This document shows positions 14,251-27,133 of a stretch of DNA of 64,000 nucleotides, one piece after another. The position numbers and the translations under genes are program-made. The stretch comes from Octopus vulgaris (taxonomy: Eukaryota), in the NCBI GenBank assembly GCA_951406725.2, contig OX597825.1, positions 56,792,001 to 56,856,000 on the forward strand, given 5' to 3'. Position 1 is the first letter of the stretch. The number at the start of each line of letters is the position of its first letter. The notes below the pieces were generated by a model. The model was not told where the DNA came from. It did no database searches and saw only the letters and a program-made list of their open reading frames with translations.

Positions 14251-14937
14251 GAGACGGATGATTTTAAACCTTCAATAGTCCATGGAATGATTAGATAAAT
14301 AGGAATATGGAAATATGCATGGTTAAGTCGTTATGAAGTTTTCTTCAACTCCATGAGATTCCAAGTTCGATTTCACAGCGTGGTAATTTGAACAAGTGCG
14401 TTTATCATAGCCTCATGTTGACCCAAGTATTGTGAGATAATTTGGTAGAAGGGATCTGTGTAGAAGTCCATCGGATGGACTGTACCGGTAATCCAAAAAT
14501 CCATCTTGTCACACCATCAAATTGATTCTACTTGAGAATTACATCAAGGCTACATATATCTGTAGAATACTGAACCACATTGCACGCTAATTCAGTGAGT
14601 AATGTCCAATTGATCAAGCAACCGGACATTGATTTGTCTAAAGCAACGAATGAATCCATCAGTTAAATCCGACAAAAAAAACTATCTGCAAATCAAAAAA
14701 CCGGTTGTGCCATTTTAACTTTTTTTATGGAATGAGTATTATGTATTAAATGGTTGAGAAATAATTGTGTGATACGATTGTTATTAACTTAAGTTCGTTA
14801 CTTCAGAGGCAATGTTCACGTAATTAAATCTGATCCTTAAAACATTTTACTGGAAATACATTCATGTAGCGTCTGGTCACTGCATGCCAGTAATATCTCA
14901 CTGTTATGATATATAGAATATCAGCATTTTATTTTTC

Positions 14938-15151
14938 AGACACTAATGTCGCAAATAACCGGCAGGCTTATTAAAAATTAATTATTAAAGACGGAAGCAG
15001 TATTAATACCAACAGATAATCTTCATACCCAACTTAACAAGACATCTATGTTTTGTTGGATATAAAGATTACATTTTGGTATTGATATTGCTTCTTTCGC
15101 GAGTAATTAATTTTTAATAAGCCTACTGGCTATTTGTGACATCAGTGTCAG
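14938..15151. repeat. Palindromic, MITE-like element (about 95-bp arms)
   Basis: gacactaatgtcgcaaata...aggcttattaaaaattaatta pairs with taattaatttttaataagcct...tatttgtgacatcagtgtc. Confidence 0.75.
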
Positions 15152-15381
15152 AGGTGAATTATTCAAACCCCAATGGATTACTCTCAACACATGACTATGA
15201 TACTCCCCCGCTACTTCTCCTCATGATCAGAGATGCACATATCGTCAGTCACTAAAGGAGATGTTCAACTGGTTATGGTCAAGCAACTGACAATCTAATC
15301 TGTGATATTGAACAGAATATTTGCTGTAGCCCATTTTTTATGCCAAGACAAAACAATGTACATGATAATGCTATTATTATT

Positions 15382-15745
15382 AAGGCGGCGAGCTGGTAGA
15401 ATCGTTAGCACACCCGGCGAAATGCTTAGCAGTATTTCGTCTGTCTTTACGTTTTGAATTCAAATTCCGCCGAGGTCGACTTTGACTCAATTCTTTCGGG
15501 GTCGATAAATTAAGTCCCAGTCGCGCACTGAGGTTGAGCTAATCAACTGCCCCCCTCCCCCAAAAATTTTGGACCTTGTGCCTAGAGTAGAAAAGATTAT
15601 TATTAATATTAAGGCAGCGAGGTTGCAGAATCGTTAGCACGCCGGACAAAATGCTAAGTGACATTTCATCCATCCTTAGGCTTTGAGTACAAATTCCCTC
15701 GTGGTCAACTTTGTCTTGTGTCCTTTGAGCACTAGGGTCGATGAA
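15382..15745 (+). mobile_element. Two tandem tRNA-derived SINEs with a Nin-like domain (family B)
   Basis: aaggcggcgagctggtagaatcgttag head, ttcaaattcc B-box-like motif, tttcggggtcgataaattaagt core; further copies near 18.5 and 21.2 kb. Confidence 0.75.
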
Positions 15746-15789
15746 ACCGATTTGCCTTAAAACAAGTAGAAAGCACAACTGGAATAACC

Positions 15790-18000
15790 TCGCAAATTCC
15801 CAGCGTTAACCACTCAGTCGTCTAGCTAACAATGATTCTATTGTTTTTAAAATAGCAAATAAGGGAGGTGTTATTGGGCAGATAAGGGAGCTGAGTATAT
15901 TTCGGCATGTGAAAAGTTTTAAGTGACAAAACTTCATGTGAAGAATTACCTGTCGATCCAAGCCACAATTATTGAGAGGAACTTGACAAAATAATTTTAG
16001 AAATGGATGAAAACAATTTCATAAATGAAACTTAATCTAGGATATTGCGGTTAGAACAAAGAACACCTGCATTTCGTGGTCTCCCAAAAATACACAAAAA
16101 GCTACAAAAGTTTCCTCCAATGCGCCCAATTTTCAGCGGATAAGAATGTTGCGACGCCAAAATTTCGGAATGCTAAATGGCGTTCTACTCTCTGTAGCAA
16201 TATATTCGAGATAATTTTGATTTTGTGTCAAACTTAAGAATTTTTCTAAGCATAAAAGCAGTGTCGAAGACTACTTTTTGTGACCCACGGGTGTTAATCA
16301 TGGATGTTTCTTACTCCAGTATTGACTATGATGAGTGGGGTGATGAAAGTATGTATGAATACCTTTGAAAAACGGTCTAACAAAAGTATTCCATCCAACT
16401 TTCTCTGTAAATTATTTGTATCTTTTCGGAGAGGCCTTTCACATAGGGTAGACAGACTGTGGACAGTTTATTGGTTTCATCCTCTCTTTTCTTCATAACT
16501 GGAGTGGATAGTACCCATCATCATACAGTGTAAAGAGAAGGATTTCTCAGTGCCTAAAACATCGAGTAAAGAATATAAGTAGCGATCTTGATACCCACCA
16601 CGAAGAAATGATCAAGCTACGAACAAACTATTAAGCAACAACTACCCCCAAAAACATACTATCCACGCCAATTATGAAGAAAAGAGAGGATGAAACCTAT
16701 AAACTGACCACAGTCTGTCTATCCTATGTGAAAGGCCTCTCCGAAAAGGCATCAGGATAGTAGTCAAGAGCAATACAACACTTCGCAAATATCTCCTTCG
16801 AGTAAAACCACTAATTGAAGAGATTATGACCAAAGACTGCGTGTACTCCATCCCATGCCGCCCCCTCAAAATAAGGGTAGATGAACATCGCAAAATAAGG
16901 GTAGATGAACATCGAGGAGATATTGATAAATCGGGTATAGCTGATCGTGAATGGAAAAATGGAGACCACCTCCCACTGTGGGATGAAGTTAAAATAACAG
17001 ACAGAGAATACCTCTGGAAAATACGAAGACTAAAAGGAGCAGCACATATGCTTGGACACAACAACCTCCTAAGCAGGCCGGGTGCAGATATGAGTAGCAT
17101 ATGGGAACCGGTATTAAGAAGGATAGGAAAATATTAGATTTATAAGCCCTAAAATTTATGCCATAATTGCCCTCGGGCATATGGCGTAGTGGTTAAGAGC
17201 GCGGGCTACTAAGCCCAAAATTCAGGCAGTGACCTGAATAATAATAATTATTATTATTATTATAACAATAACAATAACAACATCGAAAAATACCTTAGAA
17301 TGAGAACCCAGGTTCGAAATTTCCCCAAGACACTTGATGAGGACAAATATCCGTCAAATGTAAAAAATGTACATAATTCCTCATTTCTTAAATTTAGAAC
17401 TGAATTCTCATTTGGTGTATGCGACGAACTGCACCAAACACAACTTGATTTATGTTAGTTGCGCAGCAGAACAATTAAATAAAAGGTTCAGTGAGTATAA
17501 GTATGACATCAAGCAGTAGTTCGAGGAACTTGCGGAACATTTTACATCAAACAGTTGTAATTTTGAGGAATGCCTGAAAGTGCACATTCTCAGAAAATAT
17601 TCTGACTCTACTGAACTTTCAGTCTTCAAAACACGTAAGGATAAATATATTATGAATAGCTAAAGTCATGTCCTGGAAGAATGAATAAAATAACAACTGA
17701 ATTTCACCACATTTACACGAAATGGTTTGGCTAAATGTTGTCTTTCCTGTTTTTTTTTCTCTTTATTTTCTTCTTCTTCATTGTTACCAGTTGTGCAAAA
17801 GCGAAAATTAATTACGTCATCTTGTCTAAAAAGAAACGCAGAATATTCCCGTTCATATTTTAAGTTTCGGTATTTCTACGTTCTTTGCATTTCACATTTT
17901 GAAGAAGACAGATAGTCTGTCGAAATATTATTCAATTCGTCCAATTCAATAAACAAAGTCTCTCTCTATTTATTACAAATCGCATCTCGCTTTTCTTATG
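15790..18000 (+). mobile_element. Old Penelope-like element remnant split by a younger PLE
   Basis: IVFKIANKGGVI (resembles KPADKG) near 15840; GIY-YIG-like LVYATNCTKHNLIYV...RFSEYK...LAEHF resumes at about 17403. Confidence 0.55.
16420..17402 (+). mobile_element. 5'-truncated Penelope-like element with GIY-YIG endonuclease and an inverted 5' segment
   Basis: ORF 16826-17137 CVYSIPC..RPLKIRVDEHR..KSGIAD..WDEVKITDRE..WKIRRLK; 16421-16512 is an inverted copy of 16658-16748. Confidence 0.8.
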
Positions 18001-18039
18001 GTTTATTTACCTTCGTGAAGAGTTACGTTAGTCTTCATA

Positions 18040-18420
18040 AATTATTATAATTATGCTTTTAATTTATGAGCTTCATACCAGCATTTTCCAGGTCACACTC
18101 AGTGCCCTATGGCAAATGATGGTTAATAGATATTTAGATGTAATTGAAAGTTAAGGGAAGAAAACAGGAACGACCAGTATGGAAATATAGTCATATAATA
18201 CAACACAACACAAAACATTTAAATTGATAGGGTTTTTCTAATGATATGACGATATTTCTCAACTCAGTCTTTTGGATTTCTTTAGAAGATGGGTCTCCTG
18301 GGATGTTATCGCGTAATCATTATCAGTATAGTCATTATTATCTTTAATCTGAGTAAAGGCTTTTTAACTAACTCTCAAAAGTACTAACTTCACATTATTA
18401 TTATTATTATTATTATTATC
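18040..18420 (-). mobile_element. 3' remnant of a REL-endonuclease non-LTR element (R4/Dong-like) next to (TTA)n
   Basis: Minus strand NIPGDPSSKEIQK resembles the IPG..EIQK C-terminus of this group. Confidence 0.45.
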
Positions 18421-18968
18421 AATCCAAAGTATAAAAACGAGCAATCAGAAGTGTAAGAGTAACGGGAGGGATTCTTTGCGGTATATTTTCCGACTCTACG
18501 TTTTAAGTTCAAATTCTGCCGAGCTCAGGTTTTCCTTTAATCTTTTCGGGATCGATAAAATAAAATTCTAGTCAAGTCGTGGGGTCAATGATATTTAAAA
18601 TTATTAAAAAATATTTCTAGAGTTTCATTGAAGTTGCATTCGAGGACAGTTGGGAAAATGTATGTTGCATGACAACGTTATGATTGTGATTGGTTTGGAA
18701 AGACTGCGATCGGCTGCTGAAATATTTATATTCTTTGTTTTCTATATTTACAGTGTAAAGTGACATGATTTATGTAACATTTCTTAAGCCCTATATATAT
18801 ATATAATCATATAAACAGTGGATTAAACATATAGATAGAGATATGTAGATATAAAAACACATATGAGTGTGTATGCATATATATATATATATACATATAT
18901 ATGTATATGTATAAATTCGTATATATGTATACGAATATATACATACGTGTGTGTGTGTTGTGTGTGAG

Positions 18969-19025
<57 letters not shown>

Positions 19026-19079
19026 GCGTAGTGGATTAACTTTTCTGATGTATTAAATAATTATGTTAACAATGGTACA

Positions 19080-20460
19080 TAACATTTTGAAAGTTCTTTT
19101 GTGATTATTTGGATGGAAAACAAAAGATTCTTTAGAAAAATCAGAGTCATTGAATATTAAATCATTATAATTCCTTTCGTTGCAGAAGCCATTAGAAATT
19201 ACGATACCAACTTCTCTAAGAATTTTTCTCATCAGAAATACACATTATTTTCATGCAAAAAAGTGTATTCTGTCTTAAAATAATAGTGTCTGGATTAAAA
19301 ACATTCGAACGCCTTTCGATGTTAGTTTGTAAAGTAGAACATTTGTTGAGATAACAGATACCGTAAGGTTTTTATATACTAAATTCTTTCTATACTGAGT
19401 TAGTCTTGCTGGTTTATACCGTGATGAAATATTATCAGTTCTCACACAATTATAAGCACTGAAAAAAACGAAACATTTAGAATAGATTTCCTTAATTTTT
19501 TCAACATCAGTTCAATTTAATCGTAACTGTTTAGTAACCTCAGTGTAGTAGATTATTTCAACGTTATACTTTATCTTAATAACTTAATCTTATAACTGCA
19601 GTTCAGAAACCTAATGAAACACTACATTATATTAATATAACCCTCCAAAAATACTTCATGCAGTCTTATTAAAAGATTGTCTGTACATATCTCCCAATTT
19701 CTCTAATGAGACTATTTTCTAAATATTACAACGATGTCTTAAAACGTAGCAGTTTCACGGGTAAAATTAAGTAAGTATATTACAAGATAGAAATAATTGT
19801 ATATTATATTGCGAATAGAAATAATTTTAGATATAGAAAAATAGTTTGGTTAATCCTTCACCCAATCTCCTTCATTGCCAAAAGTTTGGTTGTTTTCAAT
19901 CCTTACACAAACATTTCTACCTTACCATAAATATTATAGGCTTATTGCCAAAAGCATATGTCCACCATACCTAACTTTGGATAACCATATCTAATATATA
20001 CGGACGTAGATTATACGATTTAGCTGTTACTCAACAGTCTACATATTGTAAGTGTACTAAGAAAGATGAATGTTTCCTTGAAATTTTATGCACCACAAAA
20101 GGTATTATTTACCATGTCACTGCGAAAACTAATGTTGTTTCCAAATATCATATTGAATTGATATCAGATTGATTTAAAACTCGATATACTTAACATTGTC
20201 ATTCATTCCATAACCAAATTTGAGCATTAGCACGAGTTTATTCAATTTTGCCTCAATTCTTAAAAATAATTATATTACCTTAGATACTAAATGGAAGTTA
20301 TTTTGCGTTGCCATGCCATACAGACAGTCAAATAAACCATGCACATTCTTTATCTCAAAATCCTATGAAGCATTTTTCTCTAAAGTCCCTCTGCTTAATA
20401 AACAATCTGAAATAATTCCCACCTGCATTCACAGAAATATAGAACACTGATTTTTTTTAG
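19080..20460 (+). mobile_element. Decayed Penelope-like element with RT and GIY-YIG, Naiad-like
   Basis: HAKKCIL..VWIK..PFDVS..EITDTV; AGLYRDE (GLYRDD motif) near 19410; CKCTKKDECFLEILCTTKGIIY..FKTRY..H..SF near 20050-20210; many stops. Confidence 0.7.
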
Positions 20461-21649
20461 ATCAGTCGTCAGATAGCATATAATATAAAGTGCTAGGTAA
20501 GTTCTCCTGTGGCGTGGAACGAATTATTGACACATTAATATAATGACTAGTTAAGCCTTGTTTTATCTTATTTCGTTATATTTCAGTATTTTTATATTTT
20601 TATGTAAAAGAACACGCTATACTGACTGTTAACAAATCCAAATATGATTGTCTCTGAATAACTTGAGTAAAAGAATTATATTATTATAATATTATAATTC
20701 TTTTACTTGAATTATTTTCCGATTTTTCTAAATATATTTTTTTCTTTTCCCGCAAAATAGTCACAAAATCTTTTAAACTGCCATGCACAGTTATTAAAGA
20801 CGTCAAGAAATTTAATCGGTTATATGTCTCTTTTTGTGTGTTTGACAAGTATTATATAAGGCTTTTATCTCTTTACATTGTGTGCTTATAAAACCAAACA
20901 ATAAATAACATTGACCAACCTCCAAAAACTATTAAATATAAATATTCAGTCGAATGAACGTAGTCTTCCCAAAACAGCTCATAATATTCATTCTGCAATC
21001 CGACATTGAATTTCTCGCCGTTTTCAAATGCATCTCAAATAAAAATTACATAAATATTTTCAAGAGATATTTGGAGGAACATTATAGAGGATATGATTCG
21101 CAACGCGTACATCGACGCTATGAATTGACTGTTTTAACCAGATAGTAATAATCTTTTTCTAATTTTTGCACAGAGCCAGCAGATTTAGGGGATGGAGTTA
21201 ATGGATTACATTGACCCCGGCGTTCACGGTACTTATTATAAAATAAGTACCAGAAAGAATGAAAGGTAAAGTCGACCTCGGCTGAACTTGAACTCAGAAT
21301 GTCAAGAGTCGGAAGAAATGTTGTTAAGCATTTTATCCGACGTGTTATTAATTCCACCATGTATATGAATTGATAGGATCTTCCATGCATTCGCTGATTG
21401 TTTTATATTTATGTATAGTTGCTAACAGACTACCTCTTGGCCATCCCCTCCTTGACCTAACAGAATCTCCAGCGTGTGACACGCGAAAGAAACGAGAGCT
21501 GCACAGCAACAGTCGTTGGGTTCTTATTTTAGCTGAATAGATTGGGACAACGTGTAAAAAAAGTGCCTTGCTCAAAGACACATTACGCCTCCCGGACCAG
21601 GAAACAAAAGCACAACTTTAATCAAAACAAACTATAAATATTTCCGGCT

Positions 21650-22340
21650 AATACATTATCGATATAGATGGTTCTCAATCATTTCCTACATCATCATATG
21701 TGTGGACTTGTTTTTAGCTTTGAAGCACAACCCCTAAAATACTTTAACAACCGATTTCGTATGCATGTATACACATTCAGTTGAGTTACAGAAAGTCTTC
21801 TCGAATATCTTTAACAAATAAAGTCAGAACTTTAGCATAAGAAAACAGCTCTGGTTAATTCCCACTATAACATCAAACTGTGAAGAAATAAAGCTTATCT
21901 GCGTAACTTAGACCCTCATAGCAGTGTGTAGGAACTCATGATATGTGAAATTTTACGGATTCTAAACCTTTAGATTATCTGCCATAGGCCTGACCAGTTT
22001 ACTGTTCCAAATACCTTCATGAAACCAACGAAGACAGCATATAATGCATTGTCCTGTTGTTTCACTCCACGCAATTCTCATACTTTTTTGTACCTTCTAA
22101 AAGTCCGGACCCGCATTGTTTTAGCTCGAACAACTGTGATTCTTTCATTGTGTCTGTTGAGTAATAACTACCCTTACGAAGATCTTCCCGACTGTAGCAA
22201 GGAGAGACAAGCTTGATAATTTCGTCATTCATTCCTATTGTCTTTCTTTAATATAAGGGTGATGTTAGGTTCCTTTGAGTTCTATGGAATATCAATAGCC
22301 TCCTATAGTTCTACTTGATGGAGACCTCTACACTCAAGTA
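21650..22340 (-). mobile_element. Highly decayed LINE reverse transcriptase fragment
   Basis: Minus strand SSQFDVIVGINQSC (resembles GVRQGC) and HTYDD (resembles YADD). Confidence 0.4.
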
Positions 22341-22556
22341 CGAGGTGGATGCTGAAAAGTTCCTAACTTTGGGTAAAATAAAATAAAGGAGGATCACTTA
22401 ATTATGATTTCATTCAATATATTCCCCTCAGATTCACACTTATTTCAGCGATCCTTCAGCTTTTCCAAGTTTTGTAAAAGAACTCGGAAGGTTCGGTCTC
22501 AAACCAGGCCTTTAGCAATACGCTTAAAGTCAGGACATTTTCAGCACCCCCTTATA
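22339..22556 (+). mobile_element. Mariner-derived MITE (about 215 bp)
   Basis: TIRs tacgag..gctgaaaagttcct / aggacattttcagcacccc; four copies in the window. Confidence 0.8.
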
Positions 22557-22951
22557 TTTGTCCTTCTAAAGTCATCTGGTGTCTTAACTCCACCGAATTT
22601 AACAGAGCTTAAACGTATGCTAGGATACCTGGGAACATTTTTACCAACATTGCTTACGTTTCCCTGACAGTAGATTAAGACATCCTTGCAAGCAAATCAG
22701 TTTTGATGTTTCCTTTTGGTTTACCAAGCACAACATTATCTGTGTTATACATTGTGGTACGAAACAAGAACCCTTTTGCATTCTGCTACTTAATCAAGGT
22801 GACATAACATCTCCTCCTTTTCTAACAAAAATCAAACTCATCATATAGTCTCGAATAGTAGTTGGTGTTTGGTTTATTTTTGGTGATAATGCTGTTCACA
22901 AGTTTCTACTAGTTTCCCCAAGCCAAAATCATATCTGTGATACTGCCATAT

Positions 22952-23179
22952 TCTGTTATCTCAACAAATGTCCTACTTTACAAACTAACATCGAAAGGCG
23001 TTCGAATGTTTTTAATCCAGACACTATTATTTTAAGACTGAATACACTTTTTTGCATGAAAATAATGTGTATTTCTGATGAGAAAAACTCTTAGAAAAGT
23101 TGGTATCGTAATTTCTAATGGCTTCTGCAGAGAAAGGAATTATAATGATTTAATATTCAATGACTCTGATTTTTCTAAA
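22952..23179 (-). repeat. Inverted copy (about 228 bp) of PLE RT segment 19131-19358
   Basis: Near-identical reverse complement. Confidence 0.9.
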
Positions 23180-24274
23180 TATTGACGCTGGCTCTTTTCA
23201 ACTGCAATGTTCCGAGCGCAATGGGCCTCTCTGACTAGTCATTCATTTCTCTGTACGTGCAATGTTCTAGCATTCTAAGTCAGGATCAAACAAGTTTAAC
23301 ATTTTTTGTATCTTAGCGAATTTATCGCTGCTGCTCGGAGTTAGAGGAAGCCAGCGCAACACCTGATAATCTGGGAGGCGATTGATTCAATTTACATTTG
23401 ATTTTTACAGGACTTATTCGAAATATTTAAAAATGAAAAAAGTTTTTCAAGACTGGAAGGAATGTATTGGTGAACTGAGGTATGAGAGACAGAGTATTCT
23501 ATAGCTACTGCCGCAGATGCCCCGTAGTTGTTCACAGTATGACATGCCATCATCTAACTGAGACGCTTCTGCGTAGGACCTACATGCTATTGAAATATAC
23601 ATGTACAATAGAGGGACATGTACATTGCATATATATCTAACTGTATGTAATTAAACATTTGTATGCATGCAGTATGTGTGTGTGAGTGCCTGTGTGTGTA
23701 GGTGTGAGAGTGTGTACATGTGCGTCATATATATATTTATATTAATCCTAGGCGCAGTAGCAGCCACCGATGAGAATTAAGATGTTGTGCATCAAAATTC
23801 AAAATTACCGGTGATCTAGCTATGTCCGCTAGGGAGCTTGTCTCTCTTGTCAGTCATTAAGATAGTGGCTACGGAAGTGGCGGTTTTTCATCGTCGCAAA
23901 CGCGCGCGACACCCCGACGTCAAACCTCATATTTCTAGCAATGCTGGTACTAGTTAGTACCCTCTGTCACTTTAGTGACGTCTATAAACTTGCCTTTAGG
24001 TTGTTAAATTATGTGTGTGTGTGTGTGTATGTGTGTGTGTGTGTGTATGATTGTATGTATGCATGTATTATTATGTAAGCATGTATATTTGCATTTATAG
24101 ATAGGTAAGTAGATAGTAAGCAGGTAGGTCGGTAGATAGGTAGGTAGGAAGGTGGTTAGGTAGGTATGTAGGTAGGTAGGTAGGTAGGTGGAAAGATAAT
24201 AGATAGATAGAGAGAGAGAGAGAGATGCATGTTAGTGAGGTTGTATTTCTGTATATGTCTCAATTTTTGTATAC

Positions 24275-24345
<71 letters not shown>

Positions 24346-24684
24346 AATAAATATGTGTAAATATAAACCATCCGATTTTCTGAGTACCTCATTTCTTCTA
24401 ATATAAAATACCTGTACATCATCTCCAAACCTTCCAATATATATATATATATATATATACATATATATATACAATTATAATCTAAACTACACAGATACAT
24501 CAAAACACACATACACACTAATATATACATATATGCACATAAGAATTTCATAAACAATCAAGAGGACGTGAAATATATATATTATTGATTTGGCGGGGGG
24601 GGGGGCATAGTAGATCTCGAAGTAGTTTTCTTATCCTAACGTTTTTTTTTTCTACCCAATATTTATATGATATTATGTGCTTCG

Positions 24685-24874
24685 AAGTTCCTGGCTTTAA
24701 AGGTGTCGCGAAAAGCTTGGTTTTCCGAGTTCTTTTACAAAGCTTAGAAAAACTGAAGCACTACTGCAATACCTGTGTGAATCTGAAAGGGGAACATGTT
24801 CAATAAAATCATAATTAAAGGATCTTCTTGTATTTTGTTTTACCCAAAGCCAGGAACTTTTCAGCGCCCCCTCG
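24685..24874 (-). mobile_element. Mariner-derived MITE
   Basis: aagttcctggcttt ... aaagccaggaacttttcagcgccccctcg. Confidence 0.8.
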
Positions 24875-25160
24875 ATCAATCAACAACATAGAAGTTAAAA
24901 TCTTGTCCACACATAGAATAGATGCAACAATCAGACAAATTGCGGAAACAACACACATAATAGAAGATAAACCTAGCCTGAATAGGAAACTGGAATGGAA
25001 CACTAGCACACACCACAACATATGACAGAAGAGGATCCCCATAAACTGGTTACAATATAAACAAAACCGAAAACATAAAAAGAAAAATACACAGATAAAT
25101 AAACAAATAGAAATAAATAACTATATACGTTTTTTTTAATTTAAAAGATTTTTTAAAATG

Positions 25161-25431
<271 letters not shown>

Positions 25432-25821
25432 GTGGATGTAAACATATGAACAAAATAAGAATAAACAAAAACAAAAACAAATTACACGAACGTATATAAA
25501 CAGAAGATACAAATATTACTGGCATCCCCCTCACAGACACACACTAACTTAACATAGACGCACATAGAAATATACGCATGCGCAAATGAAGACACATACA
25601 ATAGAAATACAAAATGGCTGACGGTTAGTAAGGAGAGACACAAATAAGAAAGAAGAAAGCAAAGGACCACTGATGCGGTCACAGGAGTGTGACGAAAGAA
25701 CTCTGGCCGAAATAAGATTAAGATTAATGTAAAAAATAAATAACACTGAAGCAAAGTAACACCAAATATATAGTGCGTGTGTTTTTTATTGGCTAAACTG
25801 GCAAAGTCACCATTCCGAAAT

Positions 25822-25913
<92 letters not shown>

Positions 25914-26201
25914 ATATATACATATACATATATACATACATGTATGCATGTATATCTATAAATATATATGCACACACATAGATAGACACATAGATAGATA
26001 GATAGGCACAAATATGGAAATACAAACACGTACATACGCACATTTATCCATACACATATACATATATACATCCAGGCATACACCTATTTTATACATGTAT
26101 ACGTACATATATACACCTACAATAAAAATCAAAATAGTCGACACCTGAATGCAACACATAAGAATAATAAAAACGATAGAAAAAAAGAAAAGAATTAGTA
26201 C

Positions 26202-26392
26202 CTGTGAAATGGTATATACCATTTTATTATTAACTGGGTAGCAGAGAAGTTTTGCCAAACATTCCAAAAATAAGAACCGTATCCAGCTAGGCAGCCGTTT
26301 ACTTCTTTCGCCGCTGTAGAATATATTCATGACAATCACAGACATTGAACAGCAGAGACCGACAAATACCATGTTGGCAATGAAGAAGAAAC
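26202..26392 (-). CDS. Internal exon of a Cys-loop ligand-gated ion channel, nicotinic acetylcholine receptor-like subunit (TM3 and start of the intracellular loop)
   Basis: Acceptor cctctccctcttccag|GT (phase 1), donor CAG|gtact; 191 nt; (G)FFFIANMVFVGLCCSMSVIVMNIFYSGERSKRLPSWIRFLFLECLAKLL matches nAChR TM3 plus the MX helix; the phase-1 intron sits where alpha7-type genes have one, after VPLI. Confidence 0.88.
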
Positions 26393-26702
26393 CTGGAAGA
26401 GGGAGAGGAATATCGAAGGAAAATTAGGTGAGAAACTGTAAACGCCTGTGTAAGTGTAGGTGTGTATATATATGTGTCTGGATGTATATATTTATGTGTG
26501 TGTATGTGTGTGACTGATGCGTGTGTGTGTGAGTACGTGTTTTTATATAGTCAGATTCTTTTTGACGATTTTACTACACATATACACACGAATATATGTG
26601 TGTGAATATATATATGCGTTTGTGTGTGTGAATAGCTATATATACATAATATATATATATGTATATATATATATATAATATATAATATATATATATGTGT
26701 AT

Positions 26703-26743
<41 letters not shown>

Positions 26744-27060
26744 CATGTGTTTCAATATGCACATAGATAAACAAACAAATATATATGATCTATATACACG
26801 TATATATTTTGTCTCACTCCCTCACATCTCTCTTCTTGTGATTCCCTGTCACTTTGCGTGTATATATATATACATGTGTACATGATAAAGGTAGATACTC
26901 AAGATGCAAATAATTAAGCAAAATCCAAATATGAATGAGTTCGCGTGATGGAAACAGTACACAACAATGACGTTGTTAGCAAACATATAAACTTCCTAGA
27001 ACATGCACAAAGACATAGGACGTAGATTGAGAAACAATATCGAAGCCATATATATGAGTG

Positions 27061-27131
<71 letters not shown>

Positions 27132-27133
<2 letters not shown>

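Noticed and set aside
17175-17230. tRNA gene
   Set aside because: Only a 5' half with an A box and no cloverleaf; the heads at 28354 and 42290 are likewise SINE heads
23764-23812. Hammerhead-like ccgatgag..aattc aaaa
   Set aside because: GAAA and the UH site are lost and stem I is ambiguous; the similar motifs near 8550 and 9463 are also too decayed to call
24815-25042. Hydrophobic minus-strand ORF as the channel TM4 exon
   Set aside because: Motif order does not match TM4, and it runs into a MITE
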